Source of the DNA: a virus
Taxonomy: Duplodnaviria > Caudoviricetes
Length of the DNA stretch: 31,048 nucleotides
Strand: one strand, 5' to 3'
Virus record (IMG/VR): IMGVR_UViG_3300043443_000278
Location: 1-31,048 of that record
The notes under the pieces are model-generated. The model was not told the DNA's origin. It worked only from the letters and a program-made list of their open reading frames with translations, and searched no databases. The position numbers and the translations under genes were made by a program. Below, in pieces: positions 8,105 to 16,129 of this stretch; position 1 is the stretch's first letter; every line of letters starts with the position of its first letter.

Positions 8105-11029
8105 ATGGCAGCATCAAATCCTCTAGCATCATTAATTCAGGCTCTAAGCAAAAGACCTTCAGAGCCGAATAAGAAAGATGAAGTCGCTCTAAAGCATAGA
8201 GAGGTACTATCGCGCCTGAAGAGTATTCAAGATTGGCAAAAAACTGCCAACATGAAGTTCAGAACATTAACAACAACCCTACAACGCATCGATTCTATCC
8301 AATCAGAAAAACTAGAAGAAGAAAAACAAAATAACGCGCTGCCTGATATAAAGAAAACATTAGAGCAAATTAATGCTCGGCTAGCACCAAAAGTTTTCAG
8401 TTTAAAAGAGCAGGGCGATTTTCAATACGATCCTCTTGCTCCGCAAGGCAAACAAGTAACCAAACTGAGCAGACAAGGCAAAGCGGTTGTTGGCGCCACT
8501 AACAAAGATATTGAAGTTGTATTAAAGAAAGCCGCTTATATCTTTAATAGAGAAATAGAAAGCAGAAAAGAAAGTAATGTAACAAAGGTAGAAACGCAGA
8601 CAGAGAAAAATAGTCTTTCTGTTTTTGCGAAGATGGCAAGAACGCAAAATACTAAAAACAATACAAAGAAAGATTTTACCCAAGTTTACAAAAACCTTTC
8701 TTACGAGAAATCAGAAGACGATCCTGTTTTTCTATTATCTAAAAATGTCGACAAGAACTTTAAGCAGGTCTTTAAAGAATTAAAAACACTGCGTGCTCTC
8801 ATTATCAATAGTTCTGGCGGGTTAGACTTACCTGGCAGACTCGGGAGAGGTGCTGGCAGAGGCGGGAAACCGCCAACACAGAACAAGCCAGGAGGTGCCG
8901 GAGGAGGACCTAGAGGAGCCTCTAGCACAAGATTCGGAGGTCTTGGTGGCACTGCAGCCACCCTCGCCGTAGGAGGCGGTCTCGGAATCTACAACGCAAT
9001 TCGAGATGCAGACACAAACAGAACATCTGGTGATGCCTTAGAACAAGGTTTGGTTAATGCTGCAGCAGGAACATATTTTGGTGTTCAGGCTGCTAAATCC
9101 GTAAAGGATGCTGTAAATAAAACCAAGGCAGCATCTAGGCTTGCGAGAATGCGCGGAGCAAATCCAAATGCTCTAAAGGGTACAGCAAAACAAGCAAGCA
9201 AATGGTCTAAATTCTTAAAATGGCTCGGCAAACGTTCTCCAAAAATTGCGGCTAAAGTTGGAGCGCGTCTAGCAACATCTGCTGGATTAATGGCAGTTCC
9301 TGTTATCGGATGGGCAGCGGCTGCAGTTAATATGGGTATGACTGCATGGACAATGTATAATGTTTATGAGTTATGGAAAGAATATAATGCATTATCTGAA
9401 GAAGAACAGGCAGCAGAAGAAGATGGAACTGCGACTGCTTCTGCAGATAGCACACAAAAAGCCACAACAGATAATAATTTACCTTCTTCTAGTCCTGATG
9501 CAGAAAAACAGGGAGCCGCTGCCGTCGCAGTTAGCCGATTTCCTAATGGTGCCTATACCGCACCGGCAGCTAGTACTGAAGAATTAAAGGGAGTCAGCGA
9601 ATCCGGTAGTGCTAAAGAGGCAATGAAGTTCTTCCAAGATAAGGGTTGGACAAAAGAACAATCTGCAGGTATCGTCGCTAACTTAATGGCAGAGTCTAGC
9701 GTCAATATGAAAACGGACGACTATAATCCTGGAGAGCAAGCATACGGTATTGCTCAATGGAGACCAGATAGACAAGAAATATTTAAGAGAGTATATGGTA
9801 AACCAATACAAGAAGCCGGATTTACAGAACAATTAAATTTCGTAAATTGGGAACTTAACAATACAGAAAAGAAAGCAGCCACGGCATTGCGCACTGCTAC
9901 TGACCCTTCTACTGCTGCAGCAATTGTAGATAGTATGTACGAACGTTCTTCCGGAGAACATCGGCAAAAAAGAATTGATTATGCAAACCAATTATTAGAT
10001 GCTAAGTATGTAGAAAAAGTTTCTGCTAGCGGGTCTAGAGCATCAGCATCTCCAACAATGGCTCCTCCTCCTGCGCCCGCACCTGGTTCCACAGGTACAA
10101 TGGCTCCTGCGGGTACAGTAAGAGGAACAATTAACAGAGGCACTTCTACTGGTTCGACAAGAGAAACTGCCAACACCGCAATCGCAGCCGCGCAAAAAGA
10201 AATTGATGTTATCAATAAAGGATACGAAGCAAGCGTTGGCGCTCTACAAAAAGCACTCGGCGAAGGTAGAATAACCAAAGAGCAGTTCCAAGAGCAAGTA
10301 ATAAAACTAGACGAATCTAGACGCAAAGCAATTAAAGAACCTGCTGCAAGAGCATCTGCGTTAAAGCAAGCAAAAGAAGCAATAGCAGGTACAACTCCTA
10401 CTGCTACGGATGTCACGCCAACTCCAGCCATGGCAACAGTGCCGCAAATTTCAGCAGACAACGTTAACGCAACCTCTGCCGATGACAGCGAAACTGTAGT
10501 TAGTGCAACGCCATTACCTGCAGAAGAAGCAGATTATGCGCTAAAGCAATTAGGAATGTTAAATGACCCAGAAAAGCCAGAAGCAGTAATATCGCCCGTA
10601 GCAACACCAACGGCACCTGCAGTACCATCTGTAACGTCTAATGTAACTGAACTAGACTCAACAACTACATCAGAAGAAAAAACTTCTAATATTAGCGATA
10701 TTATAGAAAGCAAACTAGTACGAAATTTGCTAGGGGAAGAAAAATCTACCAAGGTTGTTTCTGTCGTAAGAGCCGCAGAAAGATTACGCAGTTTATTTAC
10801 GCCAGCGCAAGAAAGAACTTCTGGTGATAAGTTATCTGAAGATTCTTCTACTTTTGAATCTAATAAAATGGCTGCAGCAATACAACCTGTAGTGCTAAAC
10901 AACATGGTTCAGCAAAGCAGTGGCGGTTGTAGATTTGTTCCTACGCCACCTGCGCCAATGCCTCCTGTTGATATCAAGAACGCAGACGCTAGCATAAGAA
11001 GTTCTTTTAATCGAGATAGATGGGCATAA
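8105..11029 (+). CDS. Tape-measure/baseplate hub gp29-like protein with internal phage tail lysozyme domain
   Basis: 974 aa, helical and G/A-rich, following gp26/gp51. Internal KGWTKEQSAGIVANLMAES...AYGIAQW...EQLNFVNWEL...YER matches the phage tail lysozyme family. Confidence 0.8.
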   Translation: MAASNPLASLIQALSKRPSEPNKKDEVALKHREVLSRLKSIQDWQKTANMKFRTLTTTLQRIDSIQSEKLEEEKQNNALPDIKKTLEQINARLAPKVFSLKEQGDFQYDPLAPQGKQVTKLSRQGKAVVGATNKDIEVVLKKAAYIFNREIESRKESNVTKVETQTEKNSLSVFAKMARTQNTKNNTKKDFTQVYKNLSYEKSEDDPVFLLSKNVDKNFKQVFKELKTLRALIINSSGGLDLPGRLGRGAGRGGKPPTQNKPGGAGGGPRGASSTRFGGLGGTAATLAVGGGLGIYNAIRDADTNRTSGDALEQGLVNAAAGTYFGVQAAKSVKDAVNKTKAASRLARMRGANPNALKGTAKQASKWSKFLKWLGKRSPKIAAKVGARLATSAGLMAVPVIGWAAAAVNMGMTAWTMYNVYELWKEYNALSEEEQAAEEDGTATASADSTQKATTDNNLPSSSPDAEKQGAAAVAVSRFPNGAYTAPAASTEELKGVSESGSAKEAMKFFQDKGWTKEQSAGIVANLMAESSVNMKTDDYNPGEQAYGIAQWRPDRQEIFKRVYGKPIQEAGFTEQLNFVNWELNNTEKKAATALRTATDPSTAAAIVDSMYERSSGEHRQKRIDYANQLLDAKYVEKVSASGSRASASPTMAPPPAPAPGSTGTMAPAGTVRGTINRGTSTGSTRETANTAIAAAQKEIDVINKGYEASVGALQKALGEGRITKEQFQEQVIKLDESRRKAIKEPAARASALKQAKEAIAGTTPTATDVTPTPAMATVPQISADNVNATSADDSETVVSATPLPAEEADYALKQLGMLNDPEKPEAVISPVATPTAPAVPSVTSNVTELDSTTTSEEKTSNISDIIESKLVRNLLGEEKSTKVVSVVRAAERLRSLFTPAQERTSGDKLSEDSSTFESNKMAAAIQPVVLNNMVQQSSGGCRFVPTPPAPMPPVDIKNADASIRSSFNRDRWA

Positions 11030-11056
11030 AAAAGGGAGAGGCTGTTAACCTCTCCC
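11028..11056 (-). terminator. Intrinsic terminator of gp32 (possibly bidirectional)
   Basis: GGGAGAGG/CCTCTCCC 8-bp stem with a 7-nt loop, followed by a T6 run on the minus strand; lies between convergent genes. Confidence 0.85.
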
Positions 11057-11082
11057 CCATACGCTAGTCACTAGTTAGCGTA

Positions 11083-12000
11083 TTATTCTCCGGCGAGCTG
11101 CTCAAAGAATGACATATCGTCATCATCGCCGCCACTGAGACTTTCAGCAGTGACCTTCTTGCCAGGTGCCTTTGGGGCAGCTGCCTTCGGCTCATCCCAA
11201 GGAAGTTCTTCGTCTTCAATCTTAGGAGCAGCAGCTGCCTTAGCACCGCCAGCACCAAGAACCCTATCCAACTTTGCCTTGAGTTCGTCGTAAGACTTAA
11301 ACTGGCTAGGAGCAACGAATTCCTTTAGGGAATAAGCAGTATCCCAAACCTTCTTAATCTTAGCATCGTTACCGTCAAACAACGGAGAAGCGTCTTCAAA
11401 CTCGCTCTTATCGTAGTTAGGATAACCTTCATAGTTGCGAACCTTCAACTTGAAGTTTGCGCCCTTCCAAAAGTCAAAAGGATTGACCGAAGTCTCGTCC
11501 TCAAACTCAGGATGCAACTTTTCGTTAATCTTGTCAAAGATCTTCTTACCATACTTGAAGATAAAGACCCTACCTTCGTTGTGCGGATTCTTTGGGTCAG
11601 AGATAACAAGAATGTTGCTGACGTAGGTCAACTTGCGCTTCTGCTTGCGAGCAATTTCCTTATTGGCTTCAACGCCGCTATTCCAGAGCTGAGTATTCAA
11701 CTCGGAGACAGGGTCATTCTTGCCCATAGTGGTGAGGCTATTTTCGATGTACCAGCCGCCCGGACCTTGGAAAGCGTGAGACCAAACCTGCACAAACGGC
11801 AGACCGTCTTCACCGTCAACTGCGGGAGCGTCTAGGAAACGAATAACGGCATAGCCATTGCCTGCCTTGTCGCGCTCAGGCTTCCAAACGCGATCGTCGT
11901 CCCAACTCTTCTTTTCTCCACCGCCGCCAACGGTACTAGCAGAAACTGCCTTCTTGAGTTTGTCGAGAGAGTTGTTCTTCTTAAGAGATGAAAAATCCAT
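11083..12000 (-). CDS. gp32: Single-stranded DNA-binding protein gp32
   Basis: DDRVWKPERDKAGNGYAVIRFL...HAFQGPGGWYIENSLTT...FKYGKKIFDKI...NPFDFWKGANFKLK, with an acidic tail. Confidence 0.97.
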   Translation of the reverse strand: MDFSSLKKNNSLDKLKKAVSASTVGGGGEKKSWDDDRVWKPERDKAGNGYAVIRFLDAPAVDGEDGLPFVQVWSHAFQGPGGWYIENSLTTMGKNDPVSELNTQLWNSGVEANKEIARKQKRKLTYVSNILVISDPKNPHNEGRVFIFKYGKKIFDKINEKLHPEFEDETSVNPFDFWKGANFKLKVRNYEGYPNYDKSEFEDASPLFDGNDAKIKKVWDTAYSLKEFVAPSQFKSYDELKAKLDRVLGAGGAKAAAAPKIEDEELPWDEPKAAAPKAPGKKVTAESLSGGDDDDMSFFEQLAGE

Positions 12001-12068
12001 ATTAGTATCCTCGTATAGTAGTGTATTAGAAGTATGTTGTATTGTCCACTTTAGACATCACGATAATA

Positions 12069-12680
12069 TTATATAGGCTCCGGAGCAAGAAGTAAAGTTT
12101 TTAGCCCCTGCTTATATTTCGCAACATCCACTGTAAGGAATGCTCCATACTTACGAATTTTCAGAGACATCTTAGGGTAGATGACTGTATCTGAAATCTG
12201 CTTATCCCACTTAGGGATGAATCCAAAAATGTTGTTTAGAATAACAACTGTTTCATGCGTGATATCTTTTTGCATCAACATGGTAAACAGTTCTGGGTAT
12301 TCTCCTTCTGAGACTCTAAACAACTCATTAAATTGATTTGGCTCTTTGTCGCCCATCATCTTCTTTACGTCATCAGCAAAGACATTAGACATGGCTTGAG
12401 TAACTCTTTGCCACTCAACGTAGATTTCTCGCGCACCTTCTTGTATCAAATCTCTAGACCATTGGCTATCGTTATGTACGAAGTTAGCAACTAGGAACGG
12501 AACAATTTCTGTTTCACTGTACTGCCTAGCCAACTTATGGAAATTGTACTTGTCTTTGCGCTTGTTGAACGTGTCTACTGAAACTCTAGTCTTGCCGCCA
12601 TATGTAAAGAAGTTGTAGTTCTTATCCGTGAAATGCAATCTGATGGCTTGATAAACACCATAGACATCGTAACCGTTCAT
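12069..12680 (-). CDS. gp59: Helicase loader gp59
   Basis: Y..YQAIRLHFT..NYNFFTYGGK...F.KRKDKY.FHKLA; canonical 33-59-32 synteny. Confidence 0.9.
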   Translation of the reverse strand: MNGYDVYGVYQAIRLHFTDKNYNFFTYGGKTRVSVDTFNKRKDKYNFHKLARQYSETEIVPFLVANFVHNDSQWSRDLIQEGAREIYVEWQRVTQAMSNVFADDVKKMMGDKEPNQFNELFRVSEGEYPELFTMLMQKDITHETVVILNNIFGFIPKWDKQISDTVIYPKMSLKIRKYGAFLTVDVAKYKQGLKTLLLAPEPI

Positions 12681-12898
12681 ATGGGTAGTCTTGCGCTCCT
12701 AGGCAAATATCGAAGTTCTTGTGCTTCAATTTCTATTCGCGCTCTCAAGTTATCGTTGACTAGCGTTGCCGCGACTTCAATTTCTAGGTTGTTCTTTTCG
12801 CAAAAATTAGTAATTGCTTCGATGCACAAGATTTGCATAGAGTTAGCAGATTCCATAATGCTTTGCGAAAAGGTATTCTTTTCATCGCGAGTTGCCAT
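12677..12898 (-). CDS. gp33: Late-transcription coactivator gp33
   Basis: IEAI..FCEKNNLEIE..A.L....L...IE.EA.EL.YL....RLPI; synteny. Confidence 0.88.
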   Translation of the reverse strand: MATRDEKNTFSQSIMESANSMQILCIEAITNFCEKNNLEIEVAATLVNDNLRARIEIEAQELRYLPRSARLPI

Positions 12899-13923
12899 TA
12901 ACTAACTCCAAAGATATTGTTCAGCTGACGGTTGACGCGAATGAATTGAGCATTCTCATTTAGTTCATAAAGGCTTCTTGCGCCAACATATGTGCAAGCA
13001 GACCGCAGACCGCCAAGAAGTTCTTGCACGGTATTTTCTACTGGTCCCTTGTACTTGATAACAACTTCCTTACCTTCGGATGCGCGATACTCTGCGACAC
13101 CGCCATTGTGAAGCGTCTGCGCTGCCTTGGATGCCATACCATAGAAATGAATGTTGCTTACATACTCAGTCTTATCCTTGTATCCGGCAGGCAATCCTTC
13201 TTCATGACCAGCAAACATTCCGCCAATCATTACGAAGTTTGCACCAGCACCAAATGCCTTAGCGACATCTCCTGGGCAGGTAATACCGCCATCAGCGCAA
13301 ACACCCATACCAGTCTTAGCGCAATCCATTACAGCAGAGAACTGAGGGAAGCCAACACCAGTCAACTTGCGAGTCGTGCATACGGAACCGGGACCAATGC
13401 CAACCTTAACCACATCAATACCCTTTTGAGATAGGGCATAGACCTGTTCTGGAGTCACGACATTACCCGCCATGTAGAACATATTCGGGGCAATATTTGT
13501 AATCTCATCTAGACGGTCTAAGAAGTTGTCTGTGTACCCGTTAGCAACATCAATACAAATTCCATAAGGCACATTAGTTTCTTCAGCATTTACTGCGTCT
13601 ATAAACTTGCTGTACTTATAGATATCTTCACCGCCAATACCCATGCTGTAGAAGGCAAACTTAGATGCATCTTCCTTGAAGAATTCAATTAGGTCTTCAA
13701 GGCTATAATGCTTTACAAGAGCCGTCAGCATCTTGTGTTTAGCAAGTGCCCGTGCCATTTCAAACGTACCAACGCCATCCATGTTAGCGGCAATGATGGG
13801 GATAACGCCAGGACCAGTTTCTAGGTCAACTTCACTGCGACTAGAAACATCTCCCGAACACGGTACAATCAGTACATCGGAATAGTCTAGCATTTCTTGG
13901 TTAGAATAGAATTTAGAGGTCAT
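12898..13923 (-). CDS. guaC: GMP reductase
   Basis: PIIAANMDGVGTF, DVANGY, KVGIGPGSVCTTR, ADGG, FYGMAS, YRASEGK, GGLRSACTYVGA. Confidence 0.93.
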   Translation of the reverse strand: MTSKFYSNQEMLDYSDVLIVPCSGDVSSRSEVDLETGPGVIPIIAANMDGVGTFEMARALAKHKMLTALVKHYSLEDLIEFFKEDASKFAFYSMGIGGEDIYKYSKFIDAVNAEETNVPYGICIDVANGYTDNFLDRLDEITNIAPNMFYMAGNVVTPEQVYALSQKGIDVVKVGIGPGSVCTTRKLTGVGFPQFSAVMDCAKTGMGVCADGGITCPGDVAKAFGAGANFVMIGGMFAGHEEGLPAGYKDKTEYVSNIHFYGMASKAAQTLHNGGVAEYRASEGKEVVIKYKGPVENTVQELLGGLRSACTYVGARSLYELNENAQFIRVNRQLNNIFGVS

Positions 13924-13925
13924 AA

Positions 13926-14519
13926 TCACTTCCTATAGAATATATGTGCGCCAATCTTACCAAACATCTTCATTGTCTTAGCCCAAGTGGGTTCAACGTA
14001 GTCTGCGTGATAGTATAGAACATCAGAGGTTATTATACGCGATCGCTTATTGGAAAGTAAAACTTCTTCGGCAATTTTTATAGACTCTTTATACCCGCGA
14101 CGGTCGCGCACGATGTCAGTCTTACCATCACAAACCCAAGAGAATTGACAACCTCTGCTGCTTCTATCAAGAACAACACCACAAACAGTCTTAGGAAAGA
14201 TTTGGCTCTGTACTCGGTTCATAGTTACAGTAGCAACAGCCAACTTACCTTCTACCGATTCTGTGTTTGCTTCAAAGTAAATGTTCTTGGCTAGGCATTC
14301 AGTTTCTGTACGCACAAAATCGACATGCGACAACTTCTTGCGCAAGTCGCGAATAATTTCGTCAGCTGATTTTTGGTTGTTGTACAATTCGTATTCAAGG
14401 TTATCGTATCGAACCTTGGCTTGGTACAACTCATTGGCAAAGAATAACATGCCTGAAAAAATAAACAAAAAGACGCACATACGCACCATATCAAGTGCGT
14501 TTAACGCAACAGACTTCAT
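13926..14519 (-). CDS. SleB-type cell wall hydrolase (Hydrolase_2) with N-terminal membrane anchor
   Basis: CLAKNIYFEA...AVATVTMNRV...FPKTVCGVV...CQFSWVCDG...YYHADYVEPTW...IGAHIFY. Confidence 0.9.
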   Translation of the reverse strand: MKSVALNALDMVRMCVFLFIFSGMLFFANELYQAKVRYDNLEYELYNNQKSADEIIRDLRKKLSHVDFVRTETECLAKNIYFEANTESVEGKLAVATVTMNRVQSQIFPKTVCGVVLDRSSRGCQFSWVCDGKTDIVRDRRGYKESIKIAEEVLLSNKRSRIITSDVLYYHADYVEPTWAKTMKMFGKIGAHIFYRK

Positions 14520-14531
14520 AATATACCTCAG

Positions 14532-14741
14532 TTAGACAGGACGTTGTCTAGCGAACCAGTATGCTAGAATGACTCCAACGCCCGCAGTAACGACACCAAA
14601 CAATGCAGCAATGGTGTCTTTCCACTCTAAGGAAACAGAAACATTCCCAGTAAGGAACATCATAAGAATAGTGAAATAACCAATAATGAATAGTGCGCTC
14701 AATCCAACTTGCGCGTATGCTACTAACTTTTGATTATCCAT
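14532..14741 (-). CDS. Small two-TM membrane protein, holin-like
   Basis: Two hydrophobic segments ending ...VILAYWFARQR; directly upstream of the wall hydrolase. Confidence 0.55.
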   Translation of the reverse strand: MDNQKLVAYAQVGLSALFIIGYFTILMMFLTGNVSVSLEWKDTIAALFGVVTAGVGVILAYWFARQRPV

Positions 14742-14759
14742 TCTTTCTCTCTGTAGTTG

Positions 14760-14798
14760 AAAAGTGGTAGGTTTATTCTGTTACCAAGAAAACCTACC
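14760..14798 (-). terminator. Terminator-like hairpin ending the tmRNA coding piece
   Basis: GGTAGGTTT...AAACCTACC stem followed by ACTTTTC on the minus strand. Confidence 0.65.
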
Positions 14799-14948
14799 GA
14801 AAACTCTGGAAAACTACACCGCTATTAAGCGGCTAGTGCCATGTCGTAAGTGCTATCGTTTGCATTTACTGTTTTTGCGCTGATTAAGTCAGTCGCCTCA
14901 CTGGTAGCCTCTAGGTTATTACTCACCCTGTCGAAACTGGTCACCCCC
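14760..14948 (-). ncRNA. ssrA: Two-piece (permuted) tmRNA, coding piece
   Basis: Begins GGGGGTGACCAGTTTCGACAGGG (tmRNA 5' end), then a pk1-like TGAGGCGACTGACTTAATCAGCGC. Resume context AGTAAAT-GCA; tag ANDSTYDMALAA-TAA-TAG at 14825-14863. The 3' end is approximate. Confidence 0.92.
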
Positions 14949-14949
14949 A

Positions 14950-15030
14950 TCATAAAGATTGTCCGACACCTTTAAGTGCCTCTGCTAACATTTCAATAAA
15001 CGTTAGAAACTTTTCTTTTAGTTTCTTCAT
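14950..15030 (-). CDS. 26-aa amphipathic peptide in the tmRNA intervening segment
   Basis: AAGG-N5-ATG, MKKLKEKFLTFIEMLAEALKGVGQSL*; fills 81 of the 93 spacer nt. Confidence 0.55.
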   Translation of the reverse strand: MKKLKEKFLTFIEMLAEALKGVGQSL

Positions 15031-15041
15031 AACAACCTTTA

Positions 15042-15105
15042 TGGTGGAGGTGGGGGGAATCGCACCCCCGTCCAAGATGCCTTTAGTTAAAGGTTTACTA
15101 CCATT
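15042..15105 (-). ncRNA. ssrA: Two-piece (permuted) tmRNA, acceptor piece
   Basis: ...GGAC GGGGG TGCGATT CCCCC CACCTCC A CCA: T-arm plus a 3' acceptor strand that pairs with GGGGGTG, giving G3.U70, discriminator A and an encoded CCA. The 5' end is approximate. Confidence 0.9.
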
Positions 15106-15110
15106 ATTTT

Positions 15111-15362
15111 TTAAAATAGTCCTAAGAACCTGTGAGCAAGAGCAGCGCAGACGCCACCAGCAACAGTCACTAGGAAGTCCCAATAATCGCTAGTGCCATG
15201 TCCGTGAGCATCATCCCATTCTTTCCAAGCAGCAATTACGATTACTCCAATAATTGAAATTGCAGGAAAGTATGGAAACAACGTTGCTACTAAAGCCCAA
15301 CCGCCGATAAAGTGGAATGCCTTATCAACGGGAATAGACTTTAGTGTTTCACGGACGCCCAT
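15111..15362 (-). CDS. Small membrane protein (DK..HF...KE..D...D motif; VanZ/YfiM-like)
   Basis: Start at ATG 15362 with a GAGG RBS; three hydrophobic segments. Confidence 0.6.
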   Translation of the reverse strand: MGVRETLKSIPVDKAFHFIGGWALVATLFPYFPAISIIGVIVIAAWKEWDDAHGHGTSDYWDFLVTVAGGVCAALAHRFLGLF

Positions 15363-15738
15363 TGCTGTATCCCTCATTATACGCTTCTTCTGCCTTCGCG
15401 TCAAGTTCTTCCTCAACACGGAGCATACAACCCTTGACCCACTGAGTAGTCAAACGCTTGCTGTGCGCGTATCGCTCAGGAACACGGTTCTCGCAATATG
15501 CCTTGATGTTGCTGCGACGTTCTTGAGGGGACTTGCTATCTGCGATAGCGTATCCAATCAACCCACCTACAACAGCAGCACCAGCAATCCAAGCACCACG
15601 ATGACTACGGTTGTTTCTTTCGTGATGATTGTCTCGATGCTCATGGCGATATTCTTCACGATGATGCCGCCCATCAGCGACGGCAGTCGTAGAGAATACA
15701 CCAATGCTAATCAATCCAACTAAAATTTTCTTAAGCAT
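15349..15738 (-). CDS. Exported His/Arg-rich protein with glycine zipper
   Basis: Signal peptide MLKKILVG...TAVA, an HHREEYRHEHRDNHH tract and GAAVVGGLIG; GGAG RBS. Confidence 0.7.
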   Translation of the reverse strand: MLKKILVGLISIGVFSTTAVADGRHHREEYRHEHRDNHHERNNRSHRGAWIAGAAVVGGLIGYAIADSKSPQERRSNIKAYCENRVPERYAHSKRLTTQWVKGCMLRVEEELDAKAEEAYNEGYSNGRP

Positions 15739-15747
15739 TTTGTGCTC

Positions 15748-15816
15748 CTAGTCGTCCAATCTAATCATAACCGCAATAATAACTACAACGAAGCCTAAAA
15801 ATAATAGGCTTACCAT
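15748..15816 (-). CDS. 22-aa single-TM peptide
   Basis: MVSLLFLGFVVVIIAVMIRLDD*; ATG overlaps the upstream TGA. Not in the ORF track. Confidence 0.45.
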   Translation of the reverse strand: MVSLLFLGFVVVIIAVMIRLDD

Positions 15817-15950
15817 CAACGCTTCTTTGTGTCTTTGTGCTCAGAAGGCAGATTACCGCCAGGCACGACATCATTAGAAGGTTTCTTCATGCGATTATAC
15901 AACCAATATACGAATCCAACAACAACTACTGCCGCAATTAGATATTCCAT
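15816..15950 (-). CDS. 44-aa single-TM protein
   Basis: MEYLIAAVVVVGFVYWLYNRMKKP...KKR*; AAGGGG RBS. Not in the ORF track. Confidence 0.65.
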   Translation of the reverse strand: MEYLIAAVVVVGFVYWLYNRMKKPSNDVVPGGNLPSEHKDTKKR

Positions 15951-15960
15951 TTTCATCCCC

Positions 15961-16128
15961 TTAATTTAATCTATCGGTATCTGACGGTATGCCAGGAGAA
16001 TTACCATCGCCATTGGTGTCCTTTACCCACTTAGGATATGCTGGTGCATTAACCTTGTTCCAGTAGACTCGCCAAGCGATAAACCCAACAAAAGCAAGAG
16101 CGATTAAGCCTGCGATAACGTATTCCAT
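15961..16128 (-). CDS. 55-aa single-TM protein
   Basis: MEYVIAGLIALAFVGFIAWRVYWNK...DRLN*; AAGGAG RBS. Not in the ORF track. Confidence 0.7.
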   Translation of the reverse strand: MEYVIAGLIALAFVGFIAWRVYWNKVNAPAYPKWVKDTNGDGNSPGIPSDTDRLN

Positions 16129-16129
16129 A

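Noticed and set aside
15042-15075. tRNA-like 3' half read as an attP site or tRNA pseudogene
   Set aside because: It pairs precisely with the downstream tmRNA 5' end, including G3.U70 and the P2 helices, and no integrase is present in the window.
14950-15183. 77-aa ORF spanning the tmRNA acceptor piece
   Set aside because: The upstream part overlaps another CDS and the structured RNA and lacks an RBS. Only the final 26 codons have one.
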